Part shown: piece after piece, positions 9,512 to 18,322 of the stretch
Position numbering within the stretch: position 1 is the first letter of the stretch
Layout: each line of letters begins with the position of its first letter
Source: a virus
DNA: 64,000 nucleotides
Reading direction: 5' to 3' (one strand)
Virus record (IMG/VR): IMGVR_UViG_3300045988_152944
Notes under the pieces: model-generated
The model's database searches: none
What the model saw: the letters and a program-made list of their open reading frames with translations, nothing else
What the model was told of the DNA's origin: nothing
Translations under genes and position numbers: made by a program

Positions 9512-10777
9512 TTATGCTACGGTGAAATGCCACTTGTTCGCTTTGTCGCAAGCTGCAGCATTATCTTTGTAATATACGTTATACGACTTAGCCTCATAGC
9601 CATTCGCACCTTCTACATCCACAGTAATGTGGGTAAATGCGCTGAATGCTTCTGCGTTCAGTCCGTTAACGTCTTTGATTGAATTGATAGTTCTCGGTGC
9701 AGGGACAGCTATGATAACACGCATGTCACCAACAGCCTCTTGAGCATCGCCCGTATTGCCCGCTGAGATTGCTCCATTTCTCTTACCAGCCAAACCTCTG
9801 ATAATCGCACTCGTGGGCGTGCCTTCTTTAGATTTGACACCACCCCAGAAACTGTTTCTATAACCAGTAATAGCACTCGAAGCAGCGCTCTTTGTGCCAG
9901 CCGCAATTTTACCAGCTACGCCCTCAGTCGCACCAAGGTTGTTTTTAGGATCGGCACCGGCCGTGTGTGTAGCAACAACACTGACCTTATAACTGGTACT
10001 GTCACCAACTGTAAACTGAGCAAACGAACCCGTTTCTGTAGTAGCCGTATGCGAATCTGTATCGCTGACCTCATAGGTCGCTGTAATACCCGTGTCTGGA
10101 CCATATTGATAGCTACCTTTGTTAAAAGCCACTGAGTACGCAGGAGTGAATTCGCTACCAACCTCCTTTGCGCCGGCACCGGTTAAACTAATAGACACTG
10201 ACGGTTGGTTTACTGTAGGATTATTGTTAGCTTTTGCGAGCGCTCCTTTTAAGAATTCTTCTACAGACTTACCACTTGCGGGCAGCACAACCGAACCGGA
10301 TGCACCAGGAGCATAAATACCAAACGCTGTGGTTGCTGTGATATCATCTTTAAAATATACATTGCCTGCGTCGTAATTGCCATCCATGGCTTCCCAGTTG
10401 GTCTCGCCGCGTACATATGCAGTATACTGATATTTGCCACCAACCAACGCTTCCCTGATGATCGCAATGTCACCTTTAACAGGCTCTGCAATTTCAGCAA
10501 GCGCTGCCGCTTTGTCACCACCCAACGCGATGTCTTTCTGATAAACATCGGTAGTATGCAAATTTTTGGTAGCATCACCGATTGCTTTTTCGACGGCTGC
10601 CAAATCTACAAATGAAACGGTAATTTCGCTCCAAGTTTTGGTGCCATCGCCAACTTTGAAAATGTGTAAATCGGTATCATAACCAACTTCACCTTTCTTC
10701 AAAACAAGCTTGGAAGCAGCCCAATTGGTGCTGGTGTCATTACGTAAAATTAAAGTAATACGTATTTGTTTCTCCAT
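9512..10777 (-). CDS. tail fibre-like protein (421 aa)
   Basis: N-terminal TNW..KKGE..KVGDGTKTW anchor. Its ATG lies inside the 3' tail of the IscB ORF and has no obvious RBS. Confidence 0.55.
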   Translation of the reverse strand: MEKQIRITLILRNDTSTNWAASKLVLKKGEVGYDTDLHIFKVGDGTKTWSEITVSFVDLAAVEKAIGDATKNLHTTDVYQKDIALGGDKAAALAEIAEPVKGDIAIIREALVGGKYQYTAYVRGETNWEAMDGNYDAGNVYFKDDITATTAFGIYAPGASGSVVLPASGKSVEEFLKGALAKANNNPTVNQPSVSISLTGAGAKEVGSEFTPAYSVAFNKGSYQYGPDTGITATYEVSDTDSHTATTETGSFAQFTVGDSTSYKVSVVATHTAGADPKNNLGATEGVAGKIAAGTKSAASSAITGYRNSFWGGVKSKEGTPTSAIIRGLAGKRNGAISAGNTGDAQEAVGDMRVIIAVPAPRTINSIKDVNGLNAEAFSAFTHITVDVEGANGYEAKSYNVYYKDNAAACDKANKWHFTVA

Positions 10778-12054
10778 AAAATTTTCGGCAAAGGCCCCGC
10801 ATCCCCTTCAGGGGTGTGGGGGAATTGCCTCCTCCTTTCTATTAGTTTTGTTGAATTGTGTCTAATCCTTTTAAGGTTCTTATAACTTATTGAACCATTG
10901 TTTACCTTTTCTCCGTCTAAATTTCTGATATCTAAAAATCCTGATTTGCGTCTACCAAAAATCACATATTGTTTATTTTGATATTCTACCGTATCAAATA
11001 AGTCAAACCCAAAAACGTTGCCAATTAGTTGATTATTCTTTTTATATCCACCCTTTGAAAAATTATTTTTATGGATTTGTCTACTCTGCCTTCTAACACA
11101 CTTTTGATAAATATAATAATCTAAAGACTTCGCCTTTGGATTACCACTTATACACCGAGCATCTATGTAGTGTGCTTTCGGCAGATTATTTTCAATACGA
11201 GTGTTTTTAGTTATATAGCCATATGTTTCGTGGACATTTGAATATAACGCACATAATCTGTCAAATAGCGTCTTACACATAATCCCCATAAACGCAGCAT
11301 CTCGATAACTTTTACCACGTTTGAACTTTAATTCAACTTCGCCCTTGTGATAAGCTTTATGACAAGTTTCGCACAAGGTAATTAAATTATTCGGTGCATT
11401 GCCACCTGCTTTACGACTTTCAATATGATGTACATTTAATACATTATCTTTTGATTTACCGTGGCAACATTGGCATTCGTGGTGATCGCGGAATAATACA
11501 TAGGCTCTCACATTCCAGAAACCTAATTGCTCGCCCTGTTGATATTCTTTTCCCGATATTTCGGGATTGTTTATCTTCTGGATATCGAATTGAGCGGTTT
11601 CGACAATAAGTTTAGTTATCGGTAAAATCGCATACAAGCGTTTTATAACTTGAATATGCGAATTTATCTTTTGTTCAACACTTGGAGCAAGCCATCCTTT
11701 GTGTTTTGAATAAACACGATTGTTAAATCTTGCAGGGCGATATCTCAACCGGTTTCTTCTCGTTCTTCTTGCTTCTCTACGAGATGATAGTTTATTTACA
11801 ATATCATTACGCAATTCGACATCAGCTTCATATAGCACTTGTTTGTCCGTTGTGGCAGAAACACCAATATGCTTACTTCCGACATCAATTCCAAGATTCA
11901 CTTCTTGTGTTTGATTTTCACAATCGAATAATAACTGAATTGTAAACGGTTCGTATTTTACTATTTTTGCTTTATTTTGTTTTAGCAATTTTCTTGCTTT
12001 TGCTTCTTTGCAAGGCATTAATGGTTTGCCTTGTTTGTTTAATACATATACCAT
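10750..12054 (-). CDS. iscB: IscB RNA-guided nuclease (434 aa)
   Basis: N-terminal PLMP motif (GKPLMPC), RuvC-I GIDVGSKHIG, Arg-rich bridge helix RREARRTRRNRLRYR, HNH (VHHIESRKAGGNAPNNLITLCETCH), RuvC-III AHYIDA. Confidence 0.85.
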   Translation of the reverse strand: MVYVLNKQGKPLMPCKEAKARKLLKQNKAKIVKYEPFTIQLLFDCENQTQEVNLGIDVGSKHIGVSATTDKQVLYEADVELRNDIVNKLSSRREARRTRRNRLRYRPARFNNRVYSKHKGWLAPSVEQKINSHIQVIKRLYAILPITKLIVETAQFDIQKINNPEISGKEYQQGEQLGFWNVRAYVLFRDHHECQCCHGKSKDNVLNVHHIESRKAGGNAPNNLITLCETCHKAYHKGEVELKFKRGKSYRDAAFMGIMCKTLFDRLCALYSNVHETYGYITKNTRIENNLPKAHYIDARCISGNPKAKSLDYYIYQKCVRRQSRQIHKNNFSKGGYKKNNQLIGNVFGFDLFDTVEYQNKQYVIFGRRKSGFLDIRNLDGEKVNNGSISYKNLKRIRHNSTKLIERRRQFPHTPEGDAGPLPKILWRNKYVLL

Positions 12055-12320
12055 TGCTTTTATAGCCTCCTATATGTTAGAGTGGTTACTCCACGACAAT
12101 GTTATTCAAAGGTTTTACGTATGCAACACTGTTCCTACCCATCAGAACTGTTTAATCACATACCGCAGAGCGTAAGACTGGAGAGTACATCCTACAGTGC
12201 CTATATATTCTTTGATAACGTAGTGCTCGAAGCACTGAGTCTGATCAACTAGTGAGCTTGAAGCCCACGCCTATTTATGGGCTGGGTAGTTGACAAAAAC
12301 TCCTTTTGAAAATAAATTCG
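12055..12320 (-). ncRNA. candidate IscB omega-RNA (guide plus scaffold)
   Basis: 266-nt ORF-free, relatively GC-rich spacer directly 5' of iscB on the same strand, where IscB omega-RNAs are encoded. Local stems are present, e.g. AGTGCT-TCG-AGCACT. The fold was not verified. Confidence 0.55.
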
Positions 12321-12791
12321 TCACTCACTCAAGGCGTCGCCGCCATTGAAAATGAAATGCTCGTAATTTTGTCCCATGCTTTTATAAGATTTTGTGTCCT
12401 TATCCCAGCAATAGGTTGCTTGTTCTGATAATACAAAGTACACACCACCAACATCGCCCACAGCGGGTAGTTGTTCGCGTGTACTCACTTGAACAGCCCC
12501 TGCGGTAACGCCCGAAGCAGAAATAACATTGTTTTCGTCAATTGTAATACCAGAACCAGCGGTTAATTTTTGTTGATACTTTTGTAGCTCCTCGGTTGAA
12601 TCCAAGGCTATCCAATTAGAACCGTCTGAACGATATAGACCGTTGTGTTCTAATTTCTCCGTTGTGGCACCAAGATGATGATAGATTTTATTATCGCTTG
12701 CGTCCTTCGGAGAAAAAGAACTCAGATCTTTGTTCTCAATTGGAGTGTTAAGCAGCTGATTATAATCAGCAATCATAATTCTTTGAATCAT
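12321..12791 (-). CDS. fibre-associated protein (156 aa)
   Basis: GAGGG RBS; LTAGSGITIDENNVISASG is a fibre-like motif. Confidence 0.5.
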   Translation of the reverse strand: MIQRIMIADYNQLLNTPIENKDLSSFSPKDASDNKIYHHLGATTEKLEHNGLYRSDGSNWIALDSTEELQKYQQKLTAGSGITIDENNVISASGVTAGAVQVSTREQLPAVGDVGGVYFVLSEQATYCWDKDTKSYKSMGQNYEHFIFNGGDALSE

Positions 12792-12794
12792 CTT

Positions 12795-13115
12795 TTAACC
12801 CTCTGTAATTATATAGTAAGCATTTTGAACATATTTTTCCGTGGTCGGTCCCACATACTTAACAAATTTACCAAAAAACTCACTTACGTTCAGCTTGTTC
12901 ATTTCTTCTTCGGTTTTGGCTATAATGGGGTTTTCGATCGAACCAAGTTCTCCAGTACCATTAATTACCTTCCCATACGAATCGTAAGCTGAATAACCCT
13001 TTAAAACCTTGGCCGCATCTGCCTGATTGCCAAGAGGGGTTAATACATAATCTCCTGTTGGACTATAATTATCATTAGTTTGGATAATTAACGTCCCCTC
13101 GTATTTTTGTCCCAT
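12795..13115 (-). CDS. hypothetical protein (106 aa), paralog of the 13176 gene
   Basis: Start moved to ATG 13115 (AGGAGG RBS); N-terminus MGQKYEGTLIIQTNDNYSPTGDY is near-identical to the neighbour. Confidence 0.55.
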   Translation of the reverse strand: MGQKYEGTLIIQTNDNYSPTGDYVLTPLGNQADAAKVLKGYSAYDSYGKVINGTGELGSIENPIIAKTEEEMNKLNVSEFFGKFVKYVGPTTEKYVQNAYYIITEG

Positions 13116-13175
13116 ACTTTCTCCTCCTGCCAAATCACCCATAACCAATAGTGTGGATGCTTTTGCGATAGTTGT

Positions 13176-13394
13176 TTACGCCGCAGGTTCAGGTTCAGGT
13201 TCAGGTTCAGGATCTTTCTCCGGTGCGACATAAGAACCATTCAATACCACGCCCTGTGCTCCATAAGCTTTTTTGCCTTTCAGGATGTCTTCTTCGGATG
13301 CCAGATCAGGTATTGACTCCAAACGATATTCGCCCGTAGGACTATAATTATCGTTGGTTTGAATAATCAGTGTGCCTTCATATTTTTGTCCCAT
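13176..13394 (-). CDS. hypothetical protein (72 aa) with a PEPEPEPEP tail
   Basis: MGQKYEGTLIIQTNDNYSPTGEY; the (AGGTTC)x4 repeat at 13185-13210 encodes the PE repeat. Confidence 0.5.
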   Translation of the reverse strand: MGQKYEGTLIIQTNDNYSPTGEYRLESIPDLASEEDILKGKKAYGAQGVVLNGSYVAPEKDPEPEPEPEPAA

Positions 13395-13404
13395 AATTTT
13401 CCCC

Positions 13405-13731
13405 TCACTTCTTATTTACTTTTTTTGAAAAATCAATAATGAATTCGATTGCGTCGGAAATTTGATCAACCTCATATTGAATACCCAATTCCTTCGCAAA
13501 AGAATCCACAGCTGCCATAACAATTTCTTTTTTTTCTGCCCCAGATTGTCCAGTGGCTTCAGCATCTGCGATAGCCCGTAAAATCATAGGATACAGTTTT
13601 TTCCAATTGCCATCTTTTGCTAATTCGCCAAACTTCTTTTTCAGTTTTGTAAACATTGCAACCATAGCAGTAATCGCAGCGATGACAATACTGACAAGTG
13701 AGACGATTAATCCAATATCTACATTACTCAT
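13405..13731 (-). CDS. holin-like protein (LL-H family-like, 108 aa)
   Basis: Start moved to ATG 13731 (GAGGTGG RBS). One N-terminal TM helix (IGLIVSLVSIVIAAITAMVAMF), then a charged tail with the G..K..A..V..LGI...ISDAIE pattern. Confidence 0.55.
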   Translation of the reverse strand: MSNVDIGLIVSLVSIVIAAITAMVAMFTKLKKKFGELAKDGNWKKLYPMILRAIADAEATGQSGAEKKEIVMAAVDSFAKELGIQYEVDQISDAIEFIIDFSKKVNKK

Positions 13732-13873
13732 GGATTCCACCTCGTTAAATAAAATGATATTTTTATTTGAACCCACACACTGTGGGATTATTTTCGATTT
13801 TAATAGACAAGTGTCTATTTGTAAAAAAGAAAATTGGGGCCATACATAAATGTACGACCCCAAAACCTTTTAA

Positions 13874-14056
13874 TCAGTCTTTTAACTGAAAATATTTGCA
13901 ATTTTCTTTGCAACCATTTGGCACCCAGCATTTCTCATTGTGACAAAATCGCTGAAAAGGACAAACCTCTCCTTTGAGTTTTTCACACACATATGTGTCT
14001 GCGCCACACCCTCTTGCAAATTGGCAAGGATGCAAGGTCCTTTTTGGAAATTCCAT
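13874..14056 (-). CDS. Cys-rich mini-protein (60 aa, 8 Cys)
   Basis: Start overlaps the upstream stop as TAATG (translational coupling); several Cys spaced in short clusters. Confidence 0.45.
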   Translation of the reverse strand: MEFPKRTLHPCQFARGCGADTYVCEKLKGEVCPFQRFCHNEKCWVPNGCKENCKYFQLKD

Positions 14057-15093
14057 TACGCAATAGTGAAGGAATCCGTTTTGTTACCAAATGTAGCAGA
14101 AAGAACCTTACCTTGTTCAAGAGCAGTGGTTTCCTCTGCCACCGTATTATCATATTTGATTTCGAGGCCCTCTATGTCGTGTTTAAGCAACATCAGGCTC
14201 TTATCGTTATACAAGGCATAGATTTCAACATCCGAAACCTTATTGCCTACAACGGCGCTTTCGGGATTGATCGCGATAGCAACCAAGCCATCGGTAAGAC
14301 TTCTACCTTCAATAACTTCAATAATACGGAACAGTTTACCACTGCCAACATCACAACCCTCGTTCATAACCATGGCGGTACCATTGAGGTTCATAGTTGC
14401 ATTCGAACTCATGTTGAAGGTGAATTCTTGACCACCATCAAGTTGGAATCTCGGAACCTCAAACGTAAGAGTGCCAGCTTTGCTACCCTTCGAGGCCGCA
14501 CAAGCGTCACCGGCGAAAATAGGCACAGTGATAACCAACATAAGCTCTTGAGGGATAAGATCGCTCTTCACAACCGCTTCTTTAGCTTCGTTGCTAGAAC
14601 CATAATAGCGCACACAATAGGTTTTACCTTCAACGCCATCCTCAATGGTCACGTCTTTACCAACAATTGCCGTGCTGACCTTGTAATCATCATTGCCTTC
14701 CAGTGCATACCAAACCATTTTGGTTACAGCGCCGCTATCACATTTCAGCATGGGAATATCAGCAGGAGTTTGTTTGAGGGAAAGTTTGTTCCCATTGCAC
14801 ACAACCTCTTCACCTTGATACGCGTTGAGACCACGCGCAAAAGTAGTGCCAAGCTGAGCTTCAATATAAGATTCTTTATAAAGAATATCCGTAAGGGTGA
14901 TTGCTACAGCAGGATCGTGGAAAAAGTTTGCAACAACAGGCGCATTCGTGCCACCACGAAGTTCGTCTTTCGTGATTGTGACAGAAATCGAAGAATCCGT
15001 CAACGTCTTGGCAACAAACGCCATCGTCGGTTTCCCATCGACCAAACGAAACGCTTCAGCCGTACCAACGGAGCCTAAAAAATATTTTGCCAT
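14056..15093 (-). CDS. abundant virion protein, putative major tail protein (345 aa)
   Basis: AAGGAG RBS inside the conserved leader ATTTAATTATATAA; position downstream of the head/connector genes; no motif-level identification. Confidence 0.4.
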   Translation of the reverse strand: MAKYFLGSVGTAEAFRLVDGKPTMAFVAKTLTDSSISVTITKDELRGGTNAPVVANFFHDPAVAITLTDILYKESYIEAQLGTTFARGLNAYQGEEVVCNGNKLSLKQTPADIPMLKCDSGAVTKMVWYALEGNDDYKVSTAIVGKDVTIEDGVEGKTYCVRYYGSSNEAKEAVVKSDLIPQELMLVITVPIFAGDACAASKGSKAGTLTFEVPRFQLDGGQEFTFNMSSNATMNLNGTAMVMNEGCDVGSGKLFRIIEVIEGRSLTDGLVAIAINPESAVVGNKVSDVEIYALYNDKSLMLLKHDIEGLEIKYDNTVAEETTALEQGKVLSATFGNKTDSFTIA

Positions 15094-15125
15094 ATTAGTT
15101 TCTCCTTATATAATTAAATTATGTT

Positions 15126-16049
15126 TTAGATTTGAGACATCTCACCCTTGAATTCATCAAGAGTCCTATAAGCGTCGCCCAAAACATCTGTCTCTTTTTT
15201 ATATATCCAATGTTCGGGCGGTTCTTTCATTGAAACCATTCCGGTCATCATACCAACACGAGTAGCCTCATATTGAATTACATCATCAACCGTAGTTAAC
15301 AACATCAAAAACTTTCTGATGGGCATATCATACAGCTCACTCAACTTATAGCTGGTTTTAGCTGAAACACATACCATCTTTTTCTCAGTGGTCGCTTTTC
15401 CACTCTTTTGGCTTTTAATTCTGATACGTTCTGCGTAGTCAGCCTTCAAGTCAGGATCAATCTTGCTGTCATCATAATAATCAGGTAAATTCTGATACAT
15501 TACAATTTGCCTTAAACGCTCAAACGCCGCAGCGTCGATTGAATGTCCCGCTACGACTAACTTATACTTCTTCGTTTCCGGATCTGCAGCATATCGTATC
15601 ATTGCCTCAAGTTGTGTTGAACCGCACTTAGGGCAAGCCACCAACTTCTCCTCTTCTGGTTTTTCTTGAGTGAGAATTTCTCTGTGTTGAGTTATAAACT
15701 CGGCGTAAGTCATCGTGTTGCCACATTGTGGGCACCACACCCCATCTTTTAAATGGAAAATCAACTCAAACAATTTACTCAAGCGAAGAGTCCAAAGCTG
15801 TCCTTCTTCTTGATCGTTAAGTTTTCCGATCAAAAAATCTAGATGAGTTTGTTTAAGGCCTTCAAAGGTTTCATTTTTATTCAATGTTAAACACGGATTC
15901 ACCAACATAAAATCGTTGTAATTCCGCATTGGTATTGGATAAATTTGTAACCCACAAAAGGGAACGGGTTCGTCATAGGTAAAATACGTAGCCTCATATT
16001 GTTGAATTTCGTTGGCTATTTTTTCGCTCAAACACCCATATCTGTCCAT
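15126..16049 (-). CDS. structural-module protein with CPQC...CPKC zinc ribbon (307 aa)
   Basis: GAAGGAGG RBS; WCPQCGN..ACPKCGS. Confidence 0.55.
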   Translation of the reverse strand: MDRYGCLSEKIANEIQQYEATYFTYDEPVPFCGLQIYPIPMRNYNDFMLVNPCLTLNKNETFEGLKQTHLDFLIGKLNDQEEGQLWTLRLSKLFELIFHLKDGVWCPQCGNTMTYAEFITQHREILTQEKPEEEKLVACPKCGSTQLEAMIRYAADPETKKYKLVVAGHSIDAAAFERLRQIVMYQNLPDYYDDSKIDPDLKADYAERIRIKSQKSGKATTEKKMVCVSAKTSYKLSELYDMPIRKFLMLLTTVDDVIQYEATRVGMMTGMVSMKEPPEHWIYKKETDVLGDAYRTLDEFKGEMSQI

Positions 16050-16122
16050 TCTATCCTCCTTCTCATCCTTATATTTCAGTAGCTATTAATATATTGCGCT
16101 CATTTCAAGCTATTGAAACCCT

Positions 16123-16815
16123 TTAGAAATTGCGATTCGGTCCTTCCGCTAATCCTGATACCAGCATTGCCATCTTGGTAACGTGGCCCAGATAGGTTCG
16201 ACCATTCCACAAATTTTGTTGTGAGTTGTTATAATAATTTGTTTTTTGGTTAAATTGGAAGTACCCAATTCCATCCAAATACAAACCATTCAACTCTGCA
16301 ATCACGCTCTTTAATAGAACGCTCTCGCGATTTTTATATAAAACCACCGCTTCTCCTTTTTTATCCGAATCGTTGGGATTCGGATTGGGAAGTAAGGGGT
16401 TTATATCTTGTGCGTCGGCATCTCCCATAATTTTAATAATCTTGCTGTGTGAAATTGTTTCTAACGCAATATTAACTACAGCGACCTCGTGGTTGGTCGG
16501 GAAAACGCCGTCTATATAAATATGGAGATGTGCACATTGTTCAGTCCACGCGTCGTCAACATATCTGGATAAAAACACTCTTTTATTTGTTTCTTGGCCA
16601 TCTTCAGTGTCGATTAGGGCATAACGCTCTTCGAGTGAAACATTGTCTTTGAACAAACAATCCATTGTTGGATACTTTAAGATTTTCCAAATATTTTGAG
16701 CATTTTTCGTTTGACTATACAACAAATGGGATATAATTTTCCACTCGATGCTGTCAAGATTGGTGAACCTATTATAGTTGCTCATCTCATCATAACTACC
16801 TTGATATCCTGCCAT
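16123..16815 (-). CDS. structural-module protein (230 aa)
   Basis: Track ORF packed tightly against its neighbours; weak RBS. Confidence 0.5.
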   Translation of the reverse strand: MAGYQGSYDEMSNYNRFTNLDSIEWKIISHLLYSQTKNAQNIWKILKYPTMDCLFKDNVSLEERYALIDTEDGQETNKRVFLSRYVDDAWTEQCAHLHIYIDGVFPTNHEVAVVNIALETISHSKIIKIMGDADAQDINPLLPNPNPNDSDKKGEAVVLYKNRESVLLKSVIAELNGLYLDGIGYFQFNQKTNYYNNSQQNLWNGRTYLGHVTKMAMLVSGLAEGPNRNF

Positions 16816-16821
16816 AATACC

Positions 16822-17964
16822 TTATAACCCCCTTAGTGAAATATTAAATTTATATGTCACGTCCACACCTTCAAGAATTGCCTTGCAGGTAACTTCTAAA
16901 TTTCCCGCCGGATAAAATTTTAATTTTTGCAACGAAAAGCTATTACCGTCCAATTGCTCAAATTTGACATATTTATCTCTAACTGAATCATCAACGGGTT
17001 GTGGTGGACTAGAGGCGTTCATAAGCTGATATGTGGTTGCGACCTTCGTATCGGTAGATACACCAGAAGCATATACCACAGGCTTAAATATCAACGGCTC
17101 ATTTGAAAGCGTTTCGGGAATGACAGATGGTTCGTCTAATCGGATTTGATAATCCGTTTCTGTTCCAGTTTCTTCAACAACAACGCTTTCTTTTTGGTTA
17201 TACGCAATGCGCGTTTGAAAATTATCGTATTCAGATTTTTGAACAACTTCAAAATAAAGAATAATTGTTCCTAAATCATCATCCACAAATGTACGATTGG
17301 AAGCAAATTTGCTTATTGCTTGTATACGATAAACCTGGTCATATCCAACAATAAATCGTTGGTTGACATAATATTTACGCGTAAACTCGTTGTGCTGCAC
17401 AATTACGGTTAAGTCCGATGATTGACTCACCGCTGTCTGATTATACACGATGTTAACGCCAGCAAGCTCTTTTGTTTGAACTGCGGGCTCATAATGATAA
17501 CGTGTTATACCTTGAGCGTCTAAGTATTCACTACCTAAAGTGCCGTTGCATCGCGCAATAATAGCACTTGCGGTTGCATCACTAGTATTACGGTTAGTCG
17601 TTAACCAAACACTTTTGTTTTCCTCTGGTTCATCGATATCATATTGGAATGAAAATTTAAATTTTAATCCCAAAGGACAGTGATAGTGAACATCGCGAAA
17701 TACCACACGACGCCAGTCGTCAGAAATCGGAACGCCTTTATCGGTTTTAACTGTTTGTAAAACGACCTCCAAGGGGACGAACTTGTTTGTTCCAATTGCC
17801 GTCTCTTGTTCAATCAATGCGCGATTGGGACGATAATCCCAGTCGGCATCTACCTTATCTTGAATTTCTTTTAGCCAATAATTTTGAGGTACGTAATTGC
17901 GTGGAGTTTGTGAAATTAAATGATAAGGATTTGGTCTGTTTGTAGTATCATAAACTTTACCCAT
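16822..17964 (-). CDS. structural-module protein (380 aa)
   Basis: Start moved from GTG 17973 to ATG 17964 (GAGGAGG 8 nt upstream). Confidence 0.55.
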   Translation of the reverse strand: MGKVYDTTNRPNPYHLISQTPRNYVPQNYWLKEIQDKVDADWDYRPNRALIEQETAIGTNKFVPLEVVLQTVKTDKGVPISDDWRRVVFRDVHYHCPLGLKFKFSFQYDIDEPEENKSVWLTTNRNTSDATASAIIARCNGTLGSEYLDAQGITRYHYEPAVQTKELAGVNIVYNQTAVSQSSDLTVIVQHNEFTRKYYVNQRFIVGYDQVYRIQAISKFASNRTFVDDDLGTIILYFEVVQKSEYDNFQTRIAYNQKESVVVEETGTETDYQIRLDEPSVIPETLSNEPLIFKPVVYASGVSTDTKVATTYQLMNASSPPQPVDDSVRDKYVKFEQLDGNSFSLQKLKFYPAGNLEVTCKAILEGVDVTYKFNISLRGL

Positions 17965-17983
17965 TCGCACCACCTCCTCGTTA

Positions 17984-18322
17984 TCACAAGCTCTTTAGCA
18001 AATGATCGATAATGCCCTTGGTTTCAAAAATCTGTTTTCGCACCAACGAATAAGGGAGATTTTTATAATCTCGAATACCGTTTAGTTTTACAATTACATC
18101 AACCAAAGCACCATCAAATAAAATATTGGCCGAATTCACCTCAAACAACTGACTTACAATATAATCATCCGCAGTGATTCTATGTTCATCTTGGACAGTG
18201 TTGTTAGTTTCATCTTCAATAAGATACAGAATTTTTATACATCGCTTACTCAGTTTATGAAGGTAATCTTTTTTTGCCTCTAAGGGCAGTATTAACTTAT
18301 TTGCCAATTTGTCTACCTCCAA
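17984..18322 (-). CDS. structural-module protein (~107-112 aa), non-ATG start
   Basis: Only TTG starts are available. TTG at 18307 has GGAGGT 7 nt upstream; the track start is TTG 18322. Confidence 0.4.
   Translation of the reverse strand: MEVDKLANKLILPLEAKKDYLHKLSKRCIKILYLIEDETNNTVQDEHRITADDYIVSQLFEVNSANILFDGALVDVIVKLNGIRDYKNLPYSLVRKQIFETKGIIDHLLKSL

Larger units (their letters stand above)
10750..12320 (-). mobile_element. IscB (IS200/IS605-superfamily, OMEGA) element without TnpA; ends approximate
   Basis: iscB ORF plus a 266-nt ORF-free upstream spacer, wedged between two structural genes. Confidence 0.6.

Noticed and set aside
3023-10777. A diversity-generating retroelement acting on the fibres, prompted by the Mtd-like KxGDG N-terminal anchors.
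   Set aside because: No reverse transcriptase and no template/variable repeat pair with adenine-specific differences is visible in the window.
10795-10825. Hairpin CCCCGCATCCCC..GGGGTGTGGGGG considered as a terminator.
   Set aside because: It is imperfect, lacks a U-run and lies inside the IscB ORF tail. It is more likely a transposon-end structure, or of no function.
13185-13210. (AGGTTC)x4 microsatellite.
   Set aside because: It lies in-frame inside a CDS and encodes PEPEPEPE, so it is reported as a coding feature rather than a regulatory repeat.
13993-15078. Long plus-strand ORF (361 aa) opposite the putative major tail gene. Similar antisense ORFs occur at 19792-20964, 8537-9139, 6755-7165, 21819-22262 and 3488-3889.
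   Set aside because: They have no RBS and odd, low-complexity composition. Each lies fully inside a minus-strand gene that has an RBS, recognisable motifs and operon context, so they are shadow ORFs.
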